Assembly (NCBI GenBank): GCA_040954595.2
Contig: CM082597.2
Span: 2,310,835 to 2,374,834, forward strand
From: Balanoglossus misakiensis
Lineage: Eukaryota > Animalia > Hemichordata
DNA: 64,000 nt
Direction: 5' to 3'
The notes beneath the pieces are model-generated. The model was not told where the DNA came from. It saw only the letters and a program-made list of their open reading frames with translations, and made no database searches. Position 1 is the first letter of the stretch. Each line of letters starts with the position of its first letter. Of the stretch, positions 26,805-52,500 are shown piece by piece. The position numbers were made by a program, and so were the translations under genes.

Positions 26805-29457
26805 TAGTGTGAACCTCTTGTGTAAATGGATCTCAAGAGACCCCTTGCTTTTTAGCGATCACATACTGGATTAAATGTGACAATAGGCGTGCACTGAGAG
26901 ACACTGACAGATTTATCAAAGTAAGGGTCACAGAGCCCCATTTGGTATCGGAAACCTTTGACTTAACATGATATTATAATGCGAAACTAATCCATCGTCA
27001 TCAACTCCCATTTGTTTTGATGGTAACTTGATGAGGTTTCTAACAAATTCAATCAAACTTTGCCAGGGAATTCTCATGAGATGATTCAGGAACGAAAATT
27101 ATTGCACTGTCTGGAAAAGTGACAGCATCAGTCGTGACGTCATGTACACTACACATCCAAGGATGTTCTCATCTAGAAATGAAAAATTGAAATGTGAAAT
27201 GTTGTAGATAATCACAGGGTTGAGGATGATGCACTCAAAGGCTATCAACATCAAATGTTAACACCCCTAATTCTGAATGCAGAGATCCCCAACTCCATCA
27301 GTGATAGCCACTGAGTTGGACCAAACTACAATGACCAATAGGGATAGATGTCTACTTTTATTTCATGAGTGAACGACCTTCTACTGCGGGATGCGTCGAG
27401 AAAACCGAGACTTGTGAGAATGCTCAATTATCGTGACATGAAACCACTTAGCATGAAAATTGAAACAAAAAATGACAGATTACTGTACTGTGGCCTAGTA
27501 AAAGTACGACAGGGCCAGAACGCCTGATGACAAGTCTAGGCCATTGATACAGTAATTCCATTTATCAGGTCGACGGCACTTTCCTTCGAGTTGTACATGT
27601 AGTTCATGATGACACACAAGGTGCATTAGACCTGACAGCTGTGCGAGATTACGACACTTGGATTATTTTTAGGGTGTAGTAGAACTAGAACTACTGGTAT
27701 ACTCAAATGTCTCGTTTTTTGTGAATACAACATTACTGTATCATTGCCTTTTATTTAGGTTAACATGCCCTATCCACCTCAGCAAGCACTGGCAGTCAGA
27801 TGACAACAGGTATCGCAGTTTATTCCACCTTGTCCCTCGGTGCTGTCTCTGTAATGAACTGGAAGGGTGGAATCCCTCCAGACCTGCAACAGAAAATTAT
27901 CGTCGTATATTGAGTTCTCTCTGGAGTTTCTCTTCAATCAGGCTGCCATAGTGAGATCACGAGTTTCAATTCTGTCTGTTTCATATGCACCTGGCATCAT
28001 TTGATTATTCAATTCCACCTGGGTTTGTTGGCAGGGCAGTTTTCATAATTATTTGTCAGTTTCACACATGACATATGGTAGTACAGTCCTGTCAAAGTGG
28101 GAGTACATTACAATTTACAGTAACAGCACCTATCAATTGGGACGTAGGTTGTCATTGGTGGTTTTAAAAAAATTGTAAATTCACTCGGTGGTGACTATTA
28201 TCCTCCCAGCTATCAATGTTTGCAGCAGGTGTCGTTCAGTGTGATTAATTACTCAATTAAGCTGAAAATAATTTTATTTGTTTTTCGTCACCTAAAGAAT
28301 AGGTGATAGAGTCTCGGTCTGTTGGTAATTTCACTGCCCTTTTATCAGGTACAGGGTTGATTTCGTAGGCAGCCAATTAATCATTGTCGGGCGTGATGCA
28401 TGTGAACTTGTGATAAGTGAAGAGTAATCATCACACTTGTCAGAAATGACAAGAATTCAGAAGAACAATTTATTAATTTACATCTACAGGACATTCATGG
28501 AAATCATTCATCTTCTGTTAAATTTAAACAAACTGTGCAGTGAACTTGAATTTCCAATCTTGAAATCATAATTGCTTTTTCGTATGTCATGAAGCGGAGA
28601 AAGCAAAATGATCAAATTCTATTAAAATGTATTTAGTTCGGGTGTTACAGTCGGCCGTCAGCACCTTAAATTGACGGCTGGTAATTAGAGAATGCAGGGA
28701 AATGGGTTTTTGGGAGTTCAAGGTTCCTGTGTCCCAGATACCAAAGCGTACACTACCTGCAACTTTGGCTTAGAATAGAAAATGTTTCGCAGGCGCGGCT
28801 GGCAAACGTGTGCGTCAGTACACTGTCAAGTGGTCGCGTGTAAATTTCAGTAGTTCAAGGAGTGCACTGTGACGATAGATGGAGATTGTTGTTAACTATT
28901 TTTTGGCTGCAAGGAGCTGAGTTGAGACCATCTGTTTCAGTTGAACTCTTGTAAACAATGGTCGAGTTTGCAGCCACTGCAGATGACGTCTGACTGTGAA
29001 TCTAACCACAGTGTAGAACCATCCTTCGCTTAGTAGCCCAGTGGTTCATGTCGCGATTAGTCTGCCTGCAGTGTTTTCTATGCTCGGGCAAGACTGTTCG
29101 GTGATAGAGGCAGGTGATCACCCCTTGTGCTGTGGTACGACCCTACTATTATCAACCATGAGGACAGCTCCATCAACCAGAAAACGGGGGTGGCCATGGG
29201 GTGTTGATGCGTTCGCCTCAGGTACCCGAAAAGGATACATTGATACATCAAACCTGTCCATAGTGGCCAGTCAAGGGGCTTTCCTACACTGGCCTTCATA
29301 GACAGGTTGCCTGTACAGACAGATGTGAATTGCACAGGGACTGTAACAAATTGGTCACTATGAACAAGTGTTCACTATATAGAGGTGGCCACTAGCATAT
29401 GGTTAAATACTGTACTTTCCACATGTTGAACGTACATCATTTTCAACACATCACTAA

Positions 29458-34526
<5,069 letters not shown>

Positions 34527-36368
34527 CGAGGACTTCAACATAGTAGTACACTAGATTCGTAGCCTCGCAAAAAAATTTCAAGAACGTGTCGAATGAATTT
34601 TTTTTCTCGCGTGTGTGATCACCGATTTCTTCACTCCTGTCTGGGAACAATTTTCTGTGGAAGACGACTTTCTGCAGACTCAAGACGGAATCATGTAAAG
34701 TGAATTGAATGTATAGAGGATGGGAACGGAAACAAACTCTTTTAAAAATATGCCATGATACAAAATGGACCTGTACATTTGTCTTAAAAGCTTTACAATT
34801 TTTTCCTTCAATTTTTCTGAGGCAGCGTCACTACGGCAACCAATGTGAATGCTGTTTTGAAGGATTTTTGTGGGTTAGTACCTTTTTTGGGTGTCTCAAT
34901 GTGTGCTGGTTGATACTGTTTATTTTTACCACTTTCTTTTTCTTTATCCCACTACGATAAGGAGTACAAATAGGTCAGAACACGGGATACTGCATTATGA
35001 TTGGGCTGCCTTCAATGTGTGACACCCTAACTTGTGTAAGATTTGGAAAAGCATTGATTTTTGACTAGGGGAGGTTTTTCAGCTCTGAATGAAATGACAT
35101 ATGGGTAGAAAAAAATACATATATGCAACTTTTTGGTCAGTGAATATTGTGGAAGAAGAAAGGAGTGTTTTCTCTGGTGTACATAATTTTGCAGAATTTA
35201 GGGTACGACAGTTCAATGCAAGTTTGCGCGTAAGGTTTGATGTGCTCACCCCTTGTCTCTGAATGGTATGGTCTCGCTTGTTGCAAGGGAGTCGTACATG
35301 TCAGGGAAAGTGTATTCAGGAGAGGGGAGACAGGGCTAAGTAGATTGACTGAACTTTTACCTGAAAACCAGAAGAAAAAAAAGACAAAACTGGAAGTTGT
35401 GGAGGAGTACAGTAGTTTTGTGTGATTTTTCAGTACAGTGCAGTTGGTTTTGGTAGATCTGTTGTACGTGGCTTGAGCAGAAAACAGCACCTGGTTTCTG
35501 TTGGCAACAGCGGTTTTCTCAGAAATGTGTTACTGGCGTGTGTGTTTGTGTGACCATCTAGCTCTCTCCTCCAGTGGTAGCACGACCCCAGGGTTGGCCA
35601 CCTGTCATGTAACCATGGCAACACAGCTCACTGCCGAGATTTTAGAATCGTAGAGCCCACCCCTAGAATGAATCAATGTTGTGTAGTTCAACGCCAAGCG
35701 GTCGTCAAAAATGATAAAAAGGGAGAAGAAGAAAAAAAGAAAGCCTTCTGTTTTATTGTTCAGACACTTTTATGTTTCTTGCTTTTGGCATATTTATTTT
35801 ACTGTTTGTATGTTTTTTTAATGAGGCAGAATATTTGGGTAAAACTCTATGTCTTTCTGTCTCAGCTCTGCCGTCAACCCTGCCCCTATACCCCCCGAAA
35901 AGAGGAACATTTTTTGTGAGATTGTAGCATTTTTTTTAACCAATGAACTTCTTCCTCTCGTCTCAAGGGCTTTTAGAAAAATACACAGTTATCCTCTGTT
36001 AATTTTAGACCAATTTCTTTTTATGCACGCCTATTTTTATTCCTACAAAACAGCATTACATAACGAAAAAAGTAAAGAGTGTTGGGGGATCGATGTTGTA
36101 TGGTAAAATGGGTTGTATGTCGCGAGGGTATTGGAATAGTTATGTGATTTGGTAATGAGATGATATGTACTGACTGAAAAGTAATGTCAATATTAAGAAT
36201 CTTTTCTGTCACAAGCAACCCAATAACACTTCTGTCGGCCTTCCTGGAAAATATCTCTCTACCCTCTTCTCTCTCCCTCCCCTCCCCTCTCTCTCAAATT
36301 GTCAAGACATTTTAATGAAATATATTGATTCCTATGGAAACAATAGAAAGCAAATTCTCCACGTTCTT

Positions 36369-36461
36369 TTAACCCTTTCACCACCATGGCTTGGTCCAAA
36401 CCTATTGTTTTCTGTGGCGAAGTTGGACTTCTGTACACAAAATGGGGGTGAAAGGGTTTAA
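36369..36461. mobile_element. ~90-bp TTAA-flanked MITE (same family as 13329-13422)
   Basis: TTAACCCTTTCACCACCATGG...GGGGGTGAAAGGGTTTAA with terminal inverted repeats. A degenerate copy follows at about 36497-36582. Confidence 0.7.
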
Positions 36462-37484
36462 ATCCTACCTGTTTTAAAATCTGAATCAATCTTATGGCTT
36501 TCACCCCCATTCTGTGAATATGAATTCACCCCAGCCATTGATGACAATAGGCTCGGACCAGTGCTAGGTGGTGGAGGGGGTCTCAACACTGTATTTTGTA
36601 AAATAACTCCTTTGAGCTGTAGATTTTAGCGAGTACATTTTCGTAGATTTAGCCAAGACTGTGTAGTCCAAGTATAATATGTAAACAAAACAAAAAAAAT
36701 GGAACAATTGGACGTTTGTGTGTTGAAAGTCATTTTTATATGTATAAAAAATGAGAATCCTCTTTCTGTATGCTGTAACATACAGCAGTAAACAGTCATA
36801 CAACTGAATCCATTGTTAACCAGTTAACAAGTATTAACCAGTGCTAGTATTGCATGGTCTGTGAAATAGTGCTTAGTATACTACATGTACATTGCTTTCG
36901 GGGGAGGGGGCAGTTTACTGAACATTGGTAGGTTAGCTTTATAATAGTGCTAGTTATATGTCTAGTATTCAGTGGTTGTCAGTGGTTAAGTAGCCAGTGA
37001 ATGACAATCGGATATGTATTCTTACAGAACTGGTTTATGATGGTTAGGTATGGTAAGTAAACCAATGTTAGTCATGCCATGGGAACTTTCAGGAATGGCT
37101 GACAAACTAACCTGGTACACTTTTAAATAGTCTGGTTAAATATGTAGCAGTACTGGTTAATACTTGTTAACTGATTTCTGTGTCCTAATTAGTGGTAGTT
37201 AGTCATAGTAATTGATGACTTTTATCAACTGTCATGAGAAATGCCAATTAACAATTGGTCTTGATTCTTGATTATTGGCAGAATAATTAAAGAGATTGTT
37301 ATTATGAAAATGGTGGTGTGGTGTGTTTTCATTTAACATGTGTGTTCAGTTCTTGGAAATCAGAACTTATCAGCATAAAGGTGATAATGGCTTTAACACG
37401 AAATAAAAAAAGCCAGAAAAGGAAAAAAAGTAACAAAGAATAACAAAAACATAGTTATTATTTATGAAAAATGAGGATGGGAAG

Positions 37485-37491
37485 AAAAAAA
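37485..37491 (-). terminator. RNA Pol III terminator (T7) of tRNA-iMet
   Basis: An A7 run on + (T7 on -) just 3' of the tRNA. Confidence 0.75.
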
Positions 37492-37496
37492 GAAGA

Positions 37497-37568
37497 TAGC
37501 AGAGCATGGTTTCGATCCATGGACCTCTGGGTTATGGGCCCAGCACGCTTCCGCTGCGCCACTCTGCT
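37497..37568 (-). tRNA. tRNA-iMet: Initiator tRNA-Met (anticodon CAT)
   Basis: The reverse complement reads AGCAGAGTGGCGCAGCGGAAGCGTGCTGGGCCCATAACCCAGAGGTCCATGGATCGAAACCATGCTCTGCTA. It has the A1:U72 pair, three G-C pairs in the anticodon stem and the initiator-type T-loop (ATCGAAA). An oligo-T Pol III terminator follows, and TTTATAAA lies about 30 bp upstream. Confidence 0.98.
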
Positions 37569-37879
37569 ACGTTGAGAAGAGATGGTATTTACCCGTTTAT
37601 AAAGCAGAATCCATCAAACACACCTAGTATTATTTTGGCATGCTGGGATATATTGATACTGCTAAATGATAGATTATAGCAAGAAAAATGTCTAAATTCA
37701 CTTGAATTGAGGAAAATAATCCCGAATGATAGATTGTAAGTGATAAAACGACAGTTGTGAAAACGTAGTAGAAGTAAAAGCGGTCAAAAACGATTGACTT
37801 TTCCTTGGCAAGTCCATCACTCTTACTATATCTTTTATGCAATTATGTTGCGTTTGTAATAAAGAGAAAATCACACGTA

Positions 37880-38030
37880 AACCAGGCTGACGTAAAACTC
37901 ATGAATTTGCCCTTTTTCCACGTGTATTATTCACAGGAAATGGATTGAGGGCGATCCCAGTATTTGGTGCATTGTGGGTAGACGTGTTCGCAAGTGACGT
38001 GGCAGCCATATTGGTTGGAAGTCACCGGTG
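37880..38030 (+). promoter_or_regulatory. COPA promoter with ACGT-core secretory-stress elements and a YY1-like site
   Basis: TGACGTAA (37888), CCACGTG (37918) and TGACGTGGC (37995-38003), the last followed directly by AGCCATATTGG. They lie about 100-230 bp upstream of the COPA ATG. Confidence 0.6.
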
Positions 38031-38110
38031 CTTCATTGATCAGGTGTGAACTGATTTTAGACGTTTTGTGAAGATATCTGGTCGCAAAAGTCGGGTGTTA
38101 CAAAGTCAGA

Positions 38111-46116
<8,006 letters not shown>

Positions 46117-49100
46117 AAAAAATTGAAGTGAATCTCATCTTTTTCAGAGTCTCGGGACACAAATTTGCTTTTTATTTGAGAGTTTGTCAAAGCATGTGAG
46201 GTCAATACTGAATGTTCATCACTAGTTTAAATAATCTGGCCTGCAAGTCTGTCCTGATCATATTTCAAAAACACTGACCACAAGTCAGCCTCCCAGCCCA
46301 AACCACAAGTCCGAACAAGTTTTGTAACGATGGCAAATTTAAAGTATTCCAACCTTACAGATTTGCCCACCCCTCAACTTCTACCAGTAGTTTTGTCCTT
46401 GTGTTCCCCTGCATAGGGATAGACCAAAGAGTGGAATCAGTATAGGGGTGTGCAGGATGAAAATAAAGTCTCTTACTGTCCGTATAGTGATGGACCACTT
46501 TGCTATTTTTTCTTCGGTCCTTCCTTGTTTGTCAAAGAAAGCAACCCAAGTTATTTTGTACAGTAAACATGTTCAAAAAATCCAATGATGTACACAAATG
46601 TCGTACAGCAGATGGAGCAATTATCTTTGGTTGATGGTGATTAGATTTGAAGAAATAACTATTTGATATTCAGATGTCTGGACAAATTCTTGGTATTCCT
46701 AAATTGGTGCATTTTAAATATAAAAAAAGAGGATATCAGTTTTTCAAGGTCATGTTGACCTTGGCAGCTTATTTATAGGAGACAAAAGTACTATTTAGCT
46801 GGTAATGAAACATAAGAAGCAAGTCAGATTTCTGAAACACATACAATGACTAGTAATCCTTATATGAGGTATTTTTCTTGTGCAAGGATAGGAAACAGTA
46901 TGAGTTAGACTCGAATGGAGATGTTTTTGTCCATTTTGGGAGACAACCCAATCCTTGCTTTTTTTCTGTGCTCTGTCTTCTGTAGATGATCTTGCCCACC
47001 AATGAAATCAAGTCATTGTAATTACGGGGGGAAATTATGTAATTTTTTGCACGCTGCGAAGTAATAAATGTTATTTCATGCCAGAAACTGAAGATGTCTA
47101 TTGATGTATATGATAGTTTTTTGTTCTTGAAGATGGGAGGCAGTGTGAGGTGAACTTGGTAGAGTTATAATGTAGACATTCATGTGTTAACACAAGGTCA
47201 TGTGGAGAGCCGCTCTTGATAACGACATTAAATATGTTTGCCAGTAATGACTGGAGCATTTGCCTATCTGCAATTGAATTCTACACTTAGTAAAAAAACC
47301 TTCACGGTTGTTTTGAGGGCGCTTTTTAATAGTATAGCCTACACAATAATTGAGTCCACTAGTCCGCAAACCCGATCAGAAACTGTTTATCCAGCCTACC
47401 ATATACAAAGATTTATCCGCTTTTAATTCCATGGGCCGGGAGGCCTGCTAGATACTTTAAGATTATAATTGTCTGAAGGAGATGGTCTTTAAATTGAAAC
47501 CAGAAAAGCCCAAGGTCCTCTGTCATCTTTAGAATATTTTTCTGTCTAAAATATCCTCACAAAAAAATATAAAAGAAACTATTTGCGATGCCTAACAAAA
47601 TATATTCCCAAAGTTTTCCGTTCTATTGTTAACTTAAAATATTTGCTGTATTTTATATGGAACAACAATATTTGATGATGCCAACTGTTCGAGTCTTATA
47701 TTGGCCGACTCATCTAAACACACAACGATGCTATTTCTGGTATGAGGTTTCCAGAATGTAAGGAATTTTCCGCTACCGCGTCACCAAGTGTAGCGATTCC
47801 ACACCACTCCCGAAAGTGCCGCCTAACTTTCTGTGAAATATCATAACAGGGATATGCCTCAGTTTATCACCCACAATGCATATATGTAGGAATATATTTT
47901 CACTGAAGCACATTGGGGAAAAATCGCCAATATAAATTTTTTTCAACACATTCACCAAGTGGAAATGTTGAGAGATGAATTGCTTTAAGACGAGAGTGCT
48001 TTGGTTTGGCTGAGATCAAGTAAACTCACATCACTCAAAGAAGCAGCAGAGTGGTTTATATGAAACACCAGGCAACATACTAGTATTAAAAATTCGTTTG
48101 GTACAGCACATTCGCATCGCCATCAGTACAACAAAAACCTGATTGTAGGTGAAAGCACCGGTTTGTCCCTCCAGGGTTGGATTTTCGGAGCTGGCGGCGG
48201 CGTCGCTTTTACATTAAGTAAATTAGGAAATCCGCGTAGGCCTATGGCATGAGATAGTATGATTATAAAATACCATCTAATGGAGAGAGAGAGACTACAA
48301 CATCCTAAGGGCAACCGATGAAAAGAGATGACAGACAGTATAGACTACACCTGTTGATGTATTTTATTTCTGTCTTGGGTCGTAACTTTTAGGCCTAACA
48401 TTTCCATCTTACCCATCGTGGCCTAGTTGTCGAATCGAATACCACGAAGTCCTCCAAAGATCTCCCCTTAGAATAGCATGTGAGCCAGCCCTAATACCTT
48501 ATAACCATCAACAGGACTAACACAGGCACAGAAAGCCTGTACCAGTCTAATAAGACACCGATTTGAAAAGCTTACGCCAATCTGATATAAGAACTATTGT
48601 GCGTTAAGATGAAAAATAATGAATCATGCATCTGAGAAATGTCTGCCTAGATGATTGATTGTGCTTGTGAGACAGTCTTTCTTTTAAAGTCTGCATGGTA
48701 GCCATCGTGTCACATTTTCTCTGCTTAATCCATGGCACACTGACTGGTTGCAACGTTGAGATGCCATTCATCTTTTTTCGCTGAGGGCCTACATTGTGCC
48801 GATTGCCAAATTTACAAAGAGAAGTAATTTACCTTTTTCAGTTTTCAATTTTCACACTAAAAGAAACGTGAGTCGCCCATATCTGCTTGCTTTTGTTGTT
48901 GGACATAAATCACTTATTGCACGACAGATATTGTATTCCAGGTTGAATGCGATCCGCGCAGGGGTATGTTGTCATAGCAACCACACAGGATATTTTTATC
49001 ATTACTTGTTTGAAGATTTTCAACAAAACTTGCGTCGGGTATTACTTTGTAAACGCTTTAAACATTGCTGGATCAAATGACATGCCTTTGAAAATATTAT

Positions 49101-49397
49101 TTATGGAAAGATGAAGGTTTTTTTGACAGCGCATCACAAATTGTCGTCTGCTGCATTATTGGGCAAAGACACCAAGCTAAGGGATCTCATCAGCCTTCGT
49201 TGAAATTGCTACATCCATCTACCACGCGGTAAGTTTTCGTCGTTGGCCATAGCACGGCAGACGTCCCCTCCAGCGACTCAGTCCTCCCGGAGCAAATTCC
49301 TGCTTTTGCCGTGCTCATCTTCGACGAAAATGGGAACCTACAAGACCATCAGTGCCACGGGACGCTTTTAGCATCACTCGCTTCTTCACCAGTGCGG

Positions 49398-49407
49398 CTA
49401 AAAATAG
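49398..49407 (+). promoter_or_regulatory. Consensus MEF2 site upstream of the calsequestrin-like gene
   Basis: CTAAAAATAG, a perfect YTA(W)4TAR match, 150 bp upstream of the ATG. Confidence 0.55.
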
Positions 49408-49547
49408 TGTCTATCTGGAAGTGGGAAGTTGTAATGCAGTGGGATTCCTCGCGTACTTGCAGCATCCAATTTCAGGCCGACACCACATCTGAAGCAAGAC
49501 CTATACACGAGCAGTTCTTTCTTATTTCGATATTTTGACTTGTCAAA

Positions 49548-52500
49548 ATGAAGGGCTGTGGTGTGTGTATTCTCGTGCTACTTTTTCTCGTGCTCGCCCG
49601 GACAGAATTTCAATTCCCGGAGTACGATGGAACCACGAGGGTGGTGGATTTCACCGATGTCACTTTCCAACAGAAACTCAAAAGACATTCCCTGGTAGTT
49701 GTCTTCTGCACGGACAAAAATAAAGATGCGACCGCGGCTCGCACCCGAGATATAAACAAACAGATGCTTGAGGTAGGTACGAAATGATTTATGCCCCAAC
49801 CACACACCATGAAAACGTTTAATTTAAAATTGATAATCGTTGCATGGCCGTGAGGAGACTTCGTGTCAACGGTCACATATTGACAAAATAATAATATCTC
49901 TCAAACTATAAATTTCAACTGAGCGTACGCATGTGGCATTCACTTATTTTTTACATTTGGAAAAGTTAAAAAGACTCTTTTCCTATAGTAATCCAATGTA
50001 AGCCACACAATATTCTTGGTTATTTTTCTGTATAAAAGATAATCGAGATAATTTGCTGCTCCGTTGACCCAGAACAATTTGCCTGATGACGCATGTTGCC
50101 GTTTGTAAACATCTCTCGACAAAATACGACCAAATATTTTCAAAGCCAAACAATTAGGGTGTACGCGATAAGGACAATCACTTGTGACCACATGGTTAAA
50201 AGGGTGTGTCTACTCTATGCCTTCTTATGAGTGACCATGTGGGGGCGCACTTTTCTTGTGGACGCTCACGTGAAAACCTGTCATTGGTTAGATCTCAAGT
50301 TCCATATTGGTAACTGGTTAAATTTGCATTAAACTTTGACAATATCATATGTTTGAGTATTTTCATATTTTTTTGATTGATTGCTGAAATGCATTTAAAC
50401 TATCACGCACCCGTCTCATATATTGTGTTCTGTGAAGAGGATTTCAGATTTGTAGTGGCTACATAAAACATCTGTGATGAGTTGATCTGGTGATAATGAT
50501 GTTTGACTTTGGCATCATCTGGACTCTGAAATAGCACTGGCATTATGCCAAAACATTGTGCATATGTGCCTGCAAATGAGGTACTGATAAAGTCTCATCA
50601 ACTATTATTGGTTGACTTGTGTATTTAGGGTAACATATTAAAGCCTATGGGATTACTGTTAACATGGAAAAATACTTTGTTTTTGTTCATGCAACCACGT
50701 TTTCTTGTTTATTAAAGGGACGCTACCCCATTATTTCTGTTTGTGCAACAATTTTTCTTGTTAGTGTATTAAAGGAACACTAGCTGTACCTTTTAGCTTT
50801 TGTACTGTATTTTTATTCAGTGTATCAACTATATTTCCTTTTCATATTTGAGACAGTTTTATGCATGGGCATTGTGACTTCAATAAAATGTCACCACACA
50901 CTATGTGATGTGGCTTGTGTACAGTTGTCAGACACTATGGAAATTAAGTGACACCAAAGCTGATGTGGTCAATGGAAACTACAAATTTATGTCAATATAA
51001 ATTGAAAGCAAGCTCCCAAAGGCACTGCTTGCCCCAGGGTTAATTAAAATACAAAATTTTCAAAATACATAAAGATTGACATGAGCATTCAGTCAAAGCC
51101 AAAGAAGTTTGATGTGTTTATTAAGATTAATTTGATTCAATTATTCTTCAAGTGAGTGAAATATTTGATTGATATCTGCTGAAGGATAATTTGCACTTTT
51201 CAGATAGTTTTATTTTTTATTTGGTGTGTATATTACAGCTGCAAGATTCTATTGTTTTAGCATTTTACATGTCATTCTATTGGACGAGACAGAATCGATG
51301 GCCTACCCTCTAAATAAAGGTACCCAACATACAGATCAGGCAAGCTGCGTGTTCACGTCCACAACTCATACTTGGCATACACTAGCAAGATGAAATTACA
51401 ATCTCCTTTGGTCCAATTTTGAGTAATATCATTCCAACAAGAATGAAATTTCTCACATTAAATGACAATGACGAATGCCTCATACAGAAAATAACTGTTA
51501 AATTATAGATTAGTAATAAATTATGGATATCTGTTATTATCTTTTATGAATGACCTACCTAATAAAACTAAAAGCAATCAGCAATTGTGGGTAATTTTCT
51601 CCCCAGAACAACGTCGATGTTTACAATAGACTGAAGGGGCATCATTTCAGTCTGATATGATGTAGATGCATTATAGATACATTTACAACTGACAGGCAGA
51701 GGGAGGGAGGGGAGAGAGTGAAAGAACAGGGGAAAGGTAGAGAACCAGACGGTTTTTATAAAATAATTGATTTTGTCAGACAATTTTTTGCCTCTGTTAT
51801 TCAACAACTGTATAAATATTACAAATTAATATTGTTTGTAAAATGATGACTGCTTTTCACAGCTCTGTGTTTCATGATAATTGGTTAATATCGCCGACAA
51901 TCATGGTTCCTTCCTACACCACTGCAAATGTCAAAATCTAAATAATATGACATGATTATCTTTCAATCATCTCTAAAATTGGGCTTCACGTGTAATACTG
52001 GTAGCAGAAAGCATCTATTACAATGGGAGATTAAATATCAATTGATGATCAACCAATCAAAAAACATGATCAGATCACATGTCCTACAAAAGGCAAGTCA
52101 TGTGATTAAAACTATCATGCTGCACTACATGTACTTGTACAATTTTATGAAATGGTAACTGTGATAAAACACACTCTATCACTGATATTCTGTTCAAGTT
52201 ATATTCAATTTTCAACAAGAGACAATTAACTCGCTGAGATCTCTGCAAGTAAACGAATATTAGTCTTCTTAAAAGCTAGCCAGGTCCCATCTGATTTACT
52301 GAACTGACATATGTTACTCAGGGATATCACATGTCAACAGTGATTACAGGTCACATTACATTTATCAAAAAAGTTATTAAGCTGATAGCAACAGATGAAC
52401 ATGACAGGAACATTATTGGAAGATCTTTTGATAGAATTTACGCAAGAGCAATTTTGGGTTAAATATTATTTTGGTGAGCAGAACACAGAGATATGCAAAA

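Noticed and set aside
50710-50790. TTAAAGG... MITE-like left ends (also a mariner-like end near 13859)
   Set aside because: I could not find matching right-hand TIRs, so element boundaries are unsupported.
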